Assembly (NCBI GenBank): GCA_045652245.1
Contig: JAZRTY010000039.1
Coordinates: forward strand, 4,214-68,213
DNA length: 64,000 nucleotides
Source: Eubacteriales bacterium
Lineage (GTDB): Bacteria; Bacillota; Clostridia; Oscillospirales; CAG-382
Direction: 5' to 3'
In this document: in pieces, positions 1 through 8,343 of the stretch
Numbering within the stretch: the stretch's first letter is position 1
Layout of the letters: each line of letters opens with the position of its first letter
Notes under the pieces: generated by a model
Database searches by the model: none
What the model saw: only the letters and a program-made list of their open reading frames with translations
What the model was told of the DNA's origin: nothing
Made by a program: the position numbers and the translations under genes

Positions 1-70
1 CTTTTTCAAGATGTACATCCTTAAATTTACGTACAGAGCATCTGTCTTTTGCTAACTTTAAAAAATCCAT
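1..70 (-). CDS. Nitroreductase family protein (N-terminal part, truncated by window edge)
   Basis: Minus-strand ATG at 70 reads MDFLKLAKDRCSVRKFKDVHLEK, the typical nitroreductase N-terminus (R-x-S-x-R-x-F). Confidence 0.75.
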   Translation of the reverse strand, partial: MDFLKLAKDRCSVRKFKDVHLEK

Positions 71-172
71 ATTATCCCCCTGTTTTTATTGGTATTTCTG
101 TTTTTTTCTTTACCATTATATACTAAAAATCACTGCTTGTCAATCGCTCTCGTGTAAAATTTAAAATTATAC

Positions 173-201
173 TTGACAATAATGTATATATGTGTTATAA
201 T
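173..201 (+). promoter_or_regulatory. Sigma-A promoter of the dap/lys operon
   Basis: TTGACA-17bp-TATAAT with extended -10 TG. Confidence 0.85.
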
Positions 202-216
202 GTGCTTGTCAAATAA

Positions 217-380
217 TTGGTAGAGGCGCATTTTGTAAAGAGTAGTAAGAGTGGATTGACTGTTCCGTAGGTTTTAGCTCTTATCGAAAGGTACGGATGC
301 CGAAGTTGAAAGAAACGGACTTTCTGCTGGTTTCAGGGAAAATATCTCTGCGACTGTCGCATAATGCGGAGGGCTATCGG
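217..380 (+). ncRNA. Lysine riboswitch (L-box)
   Basis: Conserved motifs in order GGTAGAGGCGC, AGTAG, GAAAGG, GCCGAA, CTGG..AATA, GACTGTC, GGAGGGCTATC; directly upstream of dapA-dapB-lysA. Confidence 0.92.
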
Positions 381-473
381 AATAAATGGTGCAGAAGGTG
401 TATTTTTGCACAACGATTTTCAGCTCTTACCTTTTTTTGGTAAGATTTTTTTATTTTTGAAAGGAACAGGACT

Positions 474-1358
474 ATGAAAAAAACAGTATTTGAAGGTGCT
501 GCAACAGCCCTTATCACACCCCTTACGGAAAACGGTATAGACTACGAGCTTTTCGGAAAACTTATTGACTGGCAGATAGACAAGGGAATTGACGCCCTTG
601 TAGTATGTGGAACAACAGGCGAGGCTTCTACCTTGTCTGATGACGAACACAGAGATGCAATTGCCTTTGCTTCAAAAAGAGCTGCCGGCAGAGTACCGAT
701 TATAGCAGGTACAGGCTCAAATGATACAGCCTACGCCCTTGACCTTACACGCTGTGCGTGCGAAGCAGGAGCTGATGCTATGCTTGTTGTTACCCCCTAT
801 TATAACAAGGCAACCCAGACAGGACTTATCAAGATGTTTACACAGATTGCAGATTTCAGCACAAAGCCTGTAATTCTCTACAATGTTCCGTCAAGAACAG
901 GTGTGAATATCGAGCCTGCAACCTATGAGGTGCTTGCAGACCACCCGAACATCGTGGGTATCAAGGAGGCTAACGGAAATCTGTCAAAAATCGTTGAAAC
1001 AATGGCAAGAGTCGGCGACAAGCTTGACCTTTATTCGGGAAATGATGACCAGATAGTGCCTCTCCTGTCTCTCGGCGGAAAGGGTGTTATTTCTGTTCTT
1101 TCAAATCTTTTGCCTTATGAAACCTCACAGATGTGTAAGAAATTTTTTGCAGGTGACATAAAGGGTGCCGCACAGATGCAGATGAAGTATCACACACTTA
1201 TCGATGCACTCTTCTGCGAGGTAAACCCGATACCCGTAAAGGCTGCTATGGCAAAGATGGGCTGGTGCGAAAACTATCTCAGACTCCCTCTGACACCTAT
1301 GGAGGAAGCAAATGCACAAAAGATGTTCGCTATTATGCGTGAACACGGTATAATCTGA
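474..1358 (+). CDS. dapA: 4-hydroxy-tetrahydrodipicolinate synthase
   Basis: GTTGEA, YNVPSRTG and GIKEA motifs. Confidence 0.97.
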   Translation: MKKTVFEGAATALITPLTENGIDYELFGKLIDWQIDKGIDALVVCGTTGEASTLSDDEHRDAIAFASKRAAGRVPIIAGTGSNDTAYALDLTRCACEAGADAMLVVTPYYNKATQTGLIKMFTQIADFSTKPVILYNVPSRTGVNIEPATYEVLADHPNIVGIKEANGNLSKIVETMARVGDKLDLYSGNDDQIVPLLSLGGKGVISVLSNLLPYETSQMCKKFFAGDIKGAAQMQMKYHTLIDALFCEVNPIPVKAAMAKMGWCENYLRLPLTPMEEANAQKMFAIMREHGII

Positions 1359-1382
1359 TAAAAAATAAAGGAAAGAAAAAAT

Positions 1383-2126
1383 ATGCCAGGTATTATTGTA
1401 AACGGTGCGTGCGGAAGAATGGGAAAAGAGCTTATCCGTTTAATCGGTGAGGATGAGACTTTGACGCTTGCGGCGTGCGTTGATAAATTTGCAAATGAAG
1501 AAGGAATATACAAAAATCTTTGTGATGTGAAGGAAAAAGGCGACATTATTATCGACTTTTCAAATCACGAGTCCTGTGCTGAGCTTTGCGAGTACGCAAA
1601 AAACAAAAAAATCCCAATTGTAATTGCTACAACCGGACACACAACTGAGGAAAAGGAGCTTATTTCAAGTACAGCGAAGGAAATTCCTGTTTTTTACAGC
1701 GCAAATATGTCGCTGGGAGTAGCACTCCTTGCGCTTCTTGCAAAGAAAACAGCAGCACTTTTCCCGAATGCTGATATTGAAATAATCGAAAAGCACCATA
1801 ACAGAAAGCTTGATGCTCCGAGTGGTACGGCACTTTTACTTGCAGAAAAAATAAAAACCGTTCGTGAGAATGCTCTCTTCAAGCTCGGCAGAAGTGGAAA
1901 TGCCAAAAGAGAGCCGAACGAAATCGGTATACACGCAGTACGTGCAGGAAATATCGTAGGTGAGCACGAAATTATCGTGTGTACCGACAGCCAGACAATA
2001 ACTCTCAAGCACGAGGCTCACACAAGAGCACTCTTTGCCGAGGGTGCAATTGCTGCTGCAAAGTTCTTAGTAAATGTAAAAGATGCAGGACTTTACGATA
2101 TGAGCGCAATGCTCGAAGAAAAATAA
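1383..2126 (+). CDS. dapB: 4-hydroxy-tetrahydrodipicolinate reductase
   Basis: GACGRMG and EKHHNRKLDAPSGTA motifs. Confidence 0.97.
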   Translation: MPGIIVNGACGRMGKELIRLIGEDETLTLAACVDKFANEEGIYKNLCDVKEKGDIIIDFSNHESCAELCEYAKNKKIPIVIATTGHTTEEKELISSTAKEIPVFYSANMSLGVALLALLAKKTAALFPNADIEIIEKHHNRKLDAPSGTALLLAEKIKTVRENALFKLGRSGNAKREPNEIGIHAVRAGNIVGEHEIIVCTDSQTITLKHEAHTRALFAEGAIAAAKFLVNVKDAGLYDMSAMLEEK

Positions 2127-2139
2127 AAGGAACATAAAT

Positions 2140-3435
2140 ATGCTTCATACAAATCTTGAAATCGGAAAAAACGGAAATCTTTACTTTGCGTCACATGACA
2201 CGGTAGAGCTTGCAAAGAAACACGGAACTCCCCTGATGCTCCTTGACGAACAGAGGATAAGAGACCGTATGCGTCTTTATAAGAATGCTATGCAAAAGCA
2301 TTTCGGTGCTTCTTCAATGCCACTTCTTGCAAGTAAGGCGCTGTGCTGCCGTGAAATTTACAGAATAGCCGCACAGGAGGGAATTTATACAGATATCGTT
2401 TCCCCCGGTGAGCTTTATACTGCAATAAGTGCGTCCTTTCCGGTTGAAAATGCCTTTTTCCACGGAAATAACAAAACCGATGCAGACATAGAATACGCAA
2501 TAGACTGTGGAATCGGTTATTTTATAGCAGACAATATTGAGGAAATTGACAAAATCTCGGAATATGCAGGCAAAAAGGGAATAACACAAAAAATTCTGCT
2601 AAGACTTTCCCCCGGAATTGACCCTCACACTCACGCAAAAATCAGTACCGGCAGTGTTGACTCGAAGTTCGGTGTTGCAATTGAGACAGGTCAGGCGACA
2701 CAGCTTATTTCCTATATTCTCACAAAAGAAAGCATAGAGCTTTGTGGCTTCCATTGTCATATCGGCTCTCAGATTTTCGATTCAGAGCCTTTCTGCGATG
2801 CTGCCGATATTATGATGAGCTTTATTTCGCAAATAAAGAATGAGCTCGGCTTCGAGGCAAAAACACTCAATCTCGGTGGTGGCTTCGGTGTAAGGTACAC
2901 AGAAAAAGACCCCGAAATTGATTATGAAGAAAAAATATCCGAGGTAGCCTCCCACATTAAAGCAAAGGCAACAGAGCTGGGTATTGATATTCCTCAGATT
3001 CTTATGGAGCCCGGTAGAAGTATGGTGGCAGATGCAGGGCTTACTCTGTATACTGTCGGAAGCGCTAAAACAATTACAGGCTATAAGAGTTATATTTCAA
3101 TTGACGGTGGTATGACAGACAATCCGAGATATGCACTTTATAATTCCGAATACACCTTCTGTATTGCAAATAAGGCGTCCCTTGCGAAAGATACAGTTGC
3201 TACAATCGCAGGCAGATGTTGCGAAAGTGGTGACCTGCTGGGAGAGGGAGTAGAAATACAGAGTGCTGTTCGTGGCGATATTCTTGCAGTATTCGTAACA
3301 GGTGCTTATAACTACTCTATGGCATCAAACTACAACAAAATTCCGCGACCGCCCCTTGTTATGCTAAAAGACGGCATAGACAGAGTTGTTGTACGTCGTG
3401 AAACCTACGCCGATATTTCAAGGCTTGATGTGTAA
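2140..3435 (+). CDS. lysA: Diaminopimelate decarboxylase
   Basis: ASKAL, HCHIGSQI, NLGGGFG, EPGRS, GRCCESGD and GAY motifs. Confidence 0.96.
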   Translation: MLHTNLEIGKNGNLYFASHDTVELAKKHGTPLMLLDEQRIRDRMRLYKNAMQKHFGASSMPLLASKALCCREIYRIAAQEGIYTDIVSPGELYTAISASFPVENAFFHGNNKTDADIEYAIDCGIGYFIADNIEEIDKISEYAGKKGITQKILLRLSPGIDPHTHAKISTGSVDSKFGVAIETGQATQLISYILTKESIELCGFHCHIGSQIFDSEPFCDAADIMMSFISQIKNELGFEAKTLNLGGGFGVRYTEKDPEIDYEEKISEVASHIKAKATELGIDIPQILMEPGRSMVADAGLTLYTVGSAKTITGYKSYISIDGGMTDNPRYALYNSEYTFCIANKASLAKDTVATIAGRCCESGDLLGEGVEIQSAVRGDILAVFVTGAYNYSMASNYNKIPRPPLVMLKDGIDRVVVRRETYADISRLDV

Positions 3436-3442
3436 CATCTTT

Positions 3443-3507
3443 GCAGGGACTCCGTCCCCTGCACCCCTGCGAGCTTTTTTGTAAAAAAGCTCGGCAAAAA
3501 ACTTTAA
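3443..3507 (+). repeat. REP-like repeat, family C, copy 1
   Basis: GGGAC-TCC-GTCCC hairpin + GCACCCCTGC + GAGCTTTTTT-GT-AAAAAAGCTC hairpin + GCAAAAAACTTTAA; homologous to 40611, 50509, 60128 and inverted 60282. Confidence 0.8.
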
Positions 3508-3512
3508 TATTC

Positions 3513-3549
3513 AAAAACTCGTATGCCAAACGCCGGCATACGAGTTTTT
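3513..3549. terminator. Bidirectional intrinsic terminator between lysA and the AI-2E transporter
   Basis: AAAACTCGTATGCC-loop-GGCATACGAGTTTTT inverted repeat between convergent genes. Confidence 0.7.
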
Positions 3550-3604
3550 CTGGCTTGGGGTTGTAGTGCTGCACGAGTAAGTTTGATTTTTGCGTTGTTT
3601 TTGT

Positions 3605-4942
3605 TTATTTTTCCTTTTTCTCCATAAAATCAAGGAACAGGCAGTAAAGCACCGAGCAGACCGGAACACCTAAAAGTATACCGAAGAAACCGAACAGATT
3701 TCCTCCGAGCGTTACCGCCGCAATTACAAGAATTCCGGGAAGTCCGATTGATTTACCCATCACCTTTGGGTAGATAAGGTGTGTTTCAAGCTGCTGCAAA
3801 AGCAGAATGAATATAAGGAACCAGACAGCCGACATAACGTCTACCGAAAGTATCAGAATTATACCGATACAGGTACCGAGGAAGGCACCGAAAATCGGGA
3901 TAATGGCAGTAACTCCGACAAGCACCGATATTACCAGAGCATACGGAAGTCTGAAAACAGACATTCCGATAAAGCACAGGCATCCGAGCACAAGCGCCTC
4001 GGTCAGCTGACCTGCAAGGAATTTTGTAAAGGTGTTTTTTGTAAGGATTGATACGCCAAGTACCCTGTCGGCAGTCTTCTTTTCAAAGATAACAAATAAC
4101 AGCTTCTTTGCAGCTGCACTTATTCTTTCCTTTTGTACAAGTGAGTAAATCGAAAATACAAAAGCAAGCACAACATTGAATACCGCACCGAAAACAGAGC
4201 TTGTTATGTTAAAGGTAGTATCAACAAACAGCGCCCATTTGTCCTTTACAACGTCGGTCACCGTCTTTACGATTTTTTCTGCATTAAGATCAAGCTCAGG
4301 AACCGAGATGTTATACCCCTCAAGGAACTTTGCAAGATTGGTTGTCCAGCCTTCAAGGTTTTTGATAAATGCAGGGAACTTGTCAATAAAGGTCTTTATC
4401 GCATTTTCCAGTTCGGGTATTACCATAAAGATAATCGCAAAAACAATTCCTAATAGAATTATTACCGACAGGACAAGACAAACTGCCCTTTTCAGGATTT
4501 TCTGATTTATCTTAAAGCGTGAAAACTTTTTTGAAAACGCCGCAAGCTTCTTGTTTTTATCTGCTTTTTTTGAAAGCTTATCCCAGAGCCTCTCAAGCGG
4601 GGACAAAATCATATTAAGTATGAAGGCAATTGCAAAACCGATTATAAAGGGAGAGAAAATCGAAAGAAGCTTATCTATGCCACGGCCTATCTGCGACATA
4701 TGGTTAATTCCCCAATATAGAAGAATTGCAAAGGAAACGATAATCAGAATACTTCTCAGATTAAAGCTTCCGATGTTTTTGCGAAGTTCTTTTTTATAGA
4801 CGTCCGGAGATATTTGTGCAGGGCGTTTTTCGTTTTTATCGGACTCAGCTTTTATTTCTGTTTCATTTTTTGTATTATTTAAAGCCTGTACTTCTTTTTC
4901 GTCGGTATTCTGTGGTTTTGTTGTTTTCTTTTTCATTCTCAC
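3605..4942 (-). CDS. AI-2E (PerM/TqsA) family transporter
   Basis: Multi-TM protein with IPIFGAFLG, QQLETHLIYPKVMG and GFFGILLGVP motifs. Confidence 0.9.
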   Translation of the reverse strand: MRMKKKTTKPQNTDEKEVQALNNTKNETEIKAESDKNEKRPAQISPDVYKKELRKNIGSFNLRSILIIVSFAILLYWGINHMSQIGRGIDKLLSIFSPFIIGFAIAFILNMILSPLERLWDKLSKKADKNKKLAAFSKKFSRFKINQKILKRAVCLVLSVIILLGIVFAIIFMVIPELENAIKTFIDKFPAFIKNLEGWTTNLAKFLEGYNISVPELDLNAEKIVKTVTDVVKDKWALFVDTTFNITSSVFGAVFNVVLAFVFSIYSLVQKERISAAAKKLLFVIFEKKTADRVLGVSILTKNTFTKFLAGQLTEALVLGCLCFIGMSVFRLPYALVISVLVGVTAIIPIFGAFLGTCIGIILILSVDVMSAVWFLIFILLLQQLETHLIYPKVMGKSIGLPGILVIAAVTLGGNLFGFFGILLGVPVCSVLYCLFLDFMEKKEK

Positions 4943-4965
4943 ACCTGCCTTTTTATGATTATTTT

Positions 4966-6246
4966 TTAGTTTTCGCTATTTTCCGGATTTTCCTCCTCGG
5001 TCACCTTCGGCTTTATAAGCACCGACACCGAGAGGATTCTTTGCTCCTCTGTCTGACTTATTGTAATAACTAAATTCTCGTATTCAAAGCTCTCACCCGT
5101 AACCGGTATTCTTTCCATTTTTTCCATAATCCAGCCACCGAGAGAAACGCTGTCTGTTTCAACCTTTTCAAGGCAGAAGAATTCGCAGAAGTCATCAAAA
5201 TTCACGGCACAGTCGACCTTATAGGTATCCTCCGAAATTTTGGTAAATTCCTCGACAACCTCGTCGTGCTCGTCCCAGATTTCGCCGACAAGCTCCTCTA
5301 AAATGTCCTCCATGGTTACGATTCCGAGAGTTCCGCCGTACTCGTCAAGCACTATTGCAAGATGGGTTTTGTTTTTTTGAAGAAGCTTTAACAGGTCATT
5401 GATTTTTTCCGACTGATGCACAAAAAGAGGTGGAACAATAAGCTCTTTTAGGTGCTTTCCGGTAATACCACTTCCGGAATAAAAATCCTTTCTGTGGATT
5501 GTTCCGATAATATTGTCGATAGTATCATCATAAACCAAAAGTCTTGAATAGCCCGACTCGGTAAAGACTCTGGCGATATCCTCCTTTGTACAGTTCTGTT
5601 CAACTGCCTCAAGGTCAACTCTGTGAGTGAGAATATCCTCTGCTTTTCTGTCATTGAATTCTATTGCGTTTTTCAGAAGATCCCCTTCGTCTTCCTCAAG
5701 GCTTCCCTCCTGCTGTACCTCGTCAACAAGCATCAAGAGCTCCTCTGAGGACATTTTACTGTCGTTTTCGGTTTTAACAAGGTTTGCTGAAAGCTTCTTT
5801 ATTCCCGAAAAGATGAAGGTTACGGGAGTAAGAATTATAATTACTACCGAAATAATAGGAGCCGAAAAGCAAGCGAATTTTTCCGGGAAATCGGTTGCAA
5901 GGCTCTTGGGGATAATTTCTCCGAAAACGAGTATAACAACTGTCAGCACAATTATTGAAAGAACAGCAGCCTTAACCGGGGCTTCATTTTCAAGAAGCCG
6001 TGCAAAAAGAAGAGTGCCGATTGATGCGACAATTACATTAAGCACGTTGTTGCCCACAAGAATTGTGAGAATTAATTTATCATATTTTTCCGTAAGCTTC
6101 ACAACAAGGGCTGCTTTTTTGTTTTCTTTTTCTGCCATTGTCCTGATTCTTGCCCTGTTATAGGAAAGGAAGGCAGTTTCGGTTGCGGAAAAATATGCCG
6201 AAAGTACAAGACAAACAAGTATTATCAATATATAAGGTAAGTACAT
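4966..6246 (-). CDS. HlyC/CorC (CNNM/DUF21-CBS-CorC) family transporter, putative Mg2+ efflux
   Basis: [28 protein letters not shown] and [28 protein letters not shown] motifs. Confidence 0.93.
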   Translation of the reverse strand: MYLPYILIILVCLVLSAYFSATETAFLSYNRARIRTMAEKENKKAALVVKLTEKYDKLILTILVGNNVLNVIVASIGTLLFARLLENEAPVKAAVLSIIVLTVVILVFGEIIPKSLATDFPEKFACFSAPIISVVIIILTPVTFIFSGIKKLSANLVKTENDSKMSSEELLMLVDEVQQEGSLEEDEGDLLKNAIEFNDRKAEDILTHRVDLEAVEQNCTKEDIARVFTESGYSRLLVYDDTIDNIIGTIHRKDFYSGSGITGKHLKELIVPPLFVHQSEKINDLLKLLQKNKTHLAIVLDEYGGTLGIVTMEDILEELVGEIWDEHDEVVEEFTKISEDTYKVDCAVNFDDFCEFFCLEKVETDSVSLGGWIMEKMERIPVTGESFEYENLVITISQTEEQRILSVSVLIKPKVTEEENPENSEN

Positions 6247-6336
6247 TTTCTTCTCCGTTCCGTTCGCCGCTTTTTCTTACGACGATACAAATATTTCGTG
6301 AAATTTATAGGTTTTCTGTCGGATTTTCCCGAAATA

Positions 6337-6468
6337 TCAACTCAAAAAGCAGAAAATATGCAAAAAGACATACCTGCGCCACAAAATGCGGCGAAGATAT
6401 GTCATATATATTTGTTTATTGAACGAATTACAGGTAGTGTTGTCCTCATCGCTACTATCGCTGTCCAT
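6337..6468 (-). CDS. Putative acidic leader peptide (uORF, 43 aa) MDSDSSDEDNTTCNSFNKQIYMTYLRRILWRRYVFLHIFCFLS
   Basis: GGAGG at 6485-6481, 12 nt before the ATG at 6468; lies between the promoter and the CorC-family gene and runs through a terminator hairpin. Confidence 0.55.
   Translation of the reverse strand: MDSDSSDEDNTTCNSFNKQIYMTYLRRILWRRYVFLHIFCFLS
6362..6403 (-). terminator. Attenuator terminator in the leader of the CorC-family gene
   Basis: Minus strand GACATATCT-T-CGCCGC-ATTTT-GTGGCG-C-AGGTATGTC followed by TTTTT. Confidence 0.7.
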
Positions 6469-6538
6469 CAGTGATATTGTCCTCCGAAGCTAAAAATTTA
6501 TTGTAAAAAAACAGAATAATTCTGTATTCCTTTAGTGA

Positions 6539-6567
6539 ATTATATCAAAATGCCCAATAAAAGTCAA
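6539..6567 (-). promoter_or_regulatory. Sigma-A promoter for the CorC/AI-2E unit
   Basis: Minus strand TTGACT-17bp-TATAAT. Confidence 0.75.
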
Positions 6568-6755
6568 GGCTTGTACTTTCTCTTTAATGATGTGTTCACA
6601 AAAGGTTTACATTCACGACATTCAGACAGGCTTTGAATTTCGGCAAAAGGAAAGGCGTCTTTTTTTATTGCCGTGTGCATAGAGATATATATGTAAATAT
6701 ATACTCGTGTACAAGAATATATGCAAAACACTAAAAAGCAAAAAGGGGAAAACAG

Positions 6756-8297
6756 ATGTCGGAAAGCCGTGGCAGAACAAGAACAGCAGCTTCGAGTAAA
6801 AATTTCCGTGCAGCACTGCTCGGACAGCTTCTTACAACAAGTGTGAATTTTATTTCAAGAAGAATTTTTATAAGAGCCCTCGGCAGTGAATTTATGGGGC
6901 TTTCGGGCTTGTGTGGGCATCTGCTGTCTTTTCTGTCGCTTATAGAGCCGGGCTTTGATGCTGCCTGTGCTTTTTATCTTTACAGCCCTCTTGCACAGGG
7001 AAACAGAATTCTCACAAGCCAGATTATGTGCTACCTTAAAAAAATATATCGTCGCTGCTCACTTCTTGCCGTTCTTGTGGGACTTTTTATGATACCGGCT
7101 TTACACAGTCTTTCGGGAGAGGGACTTGACAGGGGCTATGTCACGGTCGTCTGGCTTTTGTATCTTTTTGACCTCTCGCTTTCCTTTCGGATATCCTACA
7201 GAAAAGTTCTTCCTGTATCCGACCAGAGGGCATATATTGTAACTACAAACAGCTACATATTTTTCGTAACAGGTACGATTGCAAGAATTTTATCCCTGCG
7301 TTTTTCCGGAGCCTTTATTCCGTTTCTTGTGACCGGGATAGCAACAGGTCTTATTGAGGAGCTGTTTTTGTATTTCAGAATCGGCAAAAATTATCCTTAT
7401 ATTGAGAATGAGCCTTGTCCCATTTCAAAGGAGGATAAGGAGGGTATTAAATATCAGGTAAAATCCTTGTTTTTCCATAAGCTGGGTGCTGTAGCACAGG
7501 GGTCTGTGGATAATATGTCGATTTTTGCGTATCTCGGCCTTTCCTCGGGGGCGATTTACTCGAATTACACAATGCTTTCGGGGATTTGTCTGTCGCTTGT
7601 TTCGGTTATGACAGGCTCAATAGGTGCAAGTGTCGGAAATCTCGGGGTACAGAGGGATAAAAGAAGAATGGAAAGAGTTTTTGCAAATACCTTTTTTGCA
7701 GTTTTTCTCGTAGGGGGTATTCTTGCAATTTCGCTTTTTTTCATTTATCCGTCGGTAATTTTGCTGTGGCTGGGAGAGGGGTATGTGCTTGGAAGCCTTG
7801 AAAGTGCTTTTTTCTGCATAAATCTGTTTATTTTTTCGCTTCGCCGAATTATAGGAGTCTTTCTTGACGGCTGTGGTCTGTTTGACAAAGAAAAATATAA
7901 GGCTCTGATAGAAGCGTTCCTGTGCGCAGTTATGACTCTTTACCTTGTTCCGAAAATTGGAATCTGCGGTGCGATTTTCGGCCAGATTTTTGCAAGTATT
8001 TCATTTTCGCTGTGGTTTGAGCCGTATATTTTATATAAGTATGGCTTTAAAATGAAGATTTTTCCCTTTTTAAAGGATAATTCAAAGTATCTGACAGCGC
8101 TTGTTCTCTCGTTTTTTCTGTCGGGAATCCTTTGCAATTTCCTCAAAGGCGTAAGTGTGACGGCAATTATTCTGAAAATTGTGTTCTGTACCCTTTCTAC
8201 CCTTTCGGTTTTTGCAATGCTCTTTTTTGATACACCCGTGTTTAAAGCCTTTCTGCACTATTTTCGTGCAGTACTTTCCGGAAAAGGCATTTCTTGA
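6756..8297 (+). CDS. Oligosaccharide flippase (Wzx/MOP superfamily) membrane protein
   Basis: Highly hydrophobic; RxxFxxxLGxExxGL start, YLYSPLA, DQRAYI and SIGASVGNL motifs typical of clostridial flippases. Confidence 0.75.
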   Translation: MSESRGRTRTAASSKNFRAALLGQLLTTSVNFISRRIFIRALGSEFMGLSGLCGHLLSFLSLIEPGFDAACAFYLYSPLAQGNRILTSQIMCYLKKIYRRCSLLAVLVGLFMIPALHSLSGEGLDRGYVTVVWLLYLFDLSLSFRISYRKVLPVSDQRAYIVTTNSYIFFVTGTIARILSLRFSGAFIPFLVTGIATGLIEELFLYFRIGKNYPYIENEPCPISKEDKEGIKYQVKSLFFHKLGAVAQGSVDNMSIFAYLGLSSGAIYSNYTMLSGICLSLVSVMTGSIGASVGNLGVQRDKRRMERVFANTFFAVFLVGGILAISLFFIYPSVILLWLGEGYVLGSLESAFFCINLFIFSLRRIIGVFLDGCGLFDKEKYKALIEAFLCAVMTLYLVPKIGICGAIFGQIFASISFSLWFEPYILYKYGFKMKIFPFLKDNSKYLTALVLSFFLSGILCNFLKGVSVTAIILKIVFCTLSTLSVFAMLFFDTPVFKAFLHYFRAVLSGKGIS

Positions 8298-8343
8298 GTA
8301 AGTACAGTCGGGAAGTACCCGGACATCACAACTAAAAGAGAAT

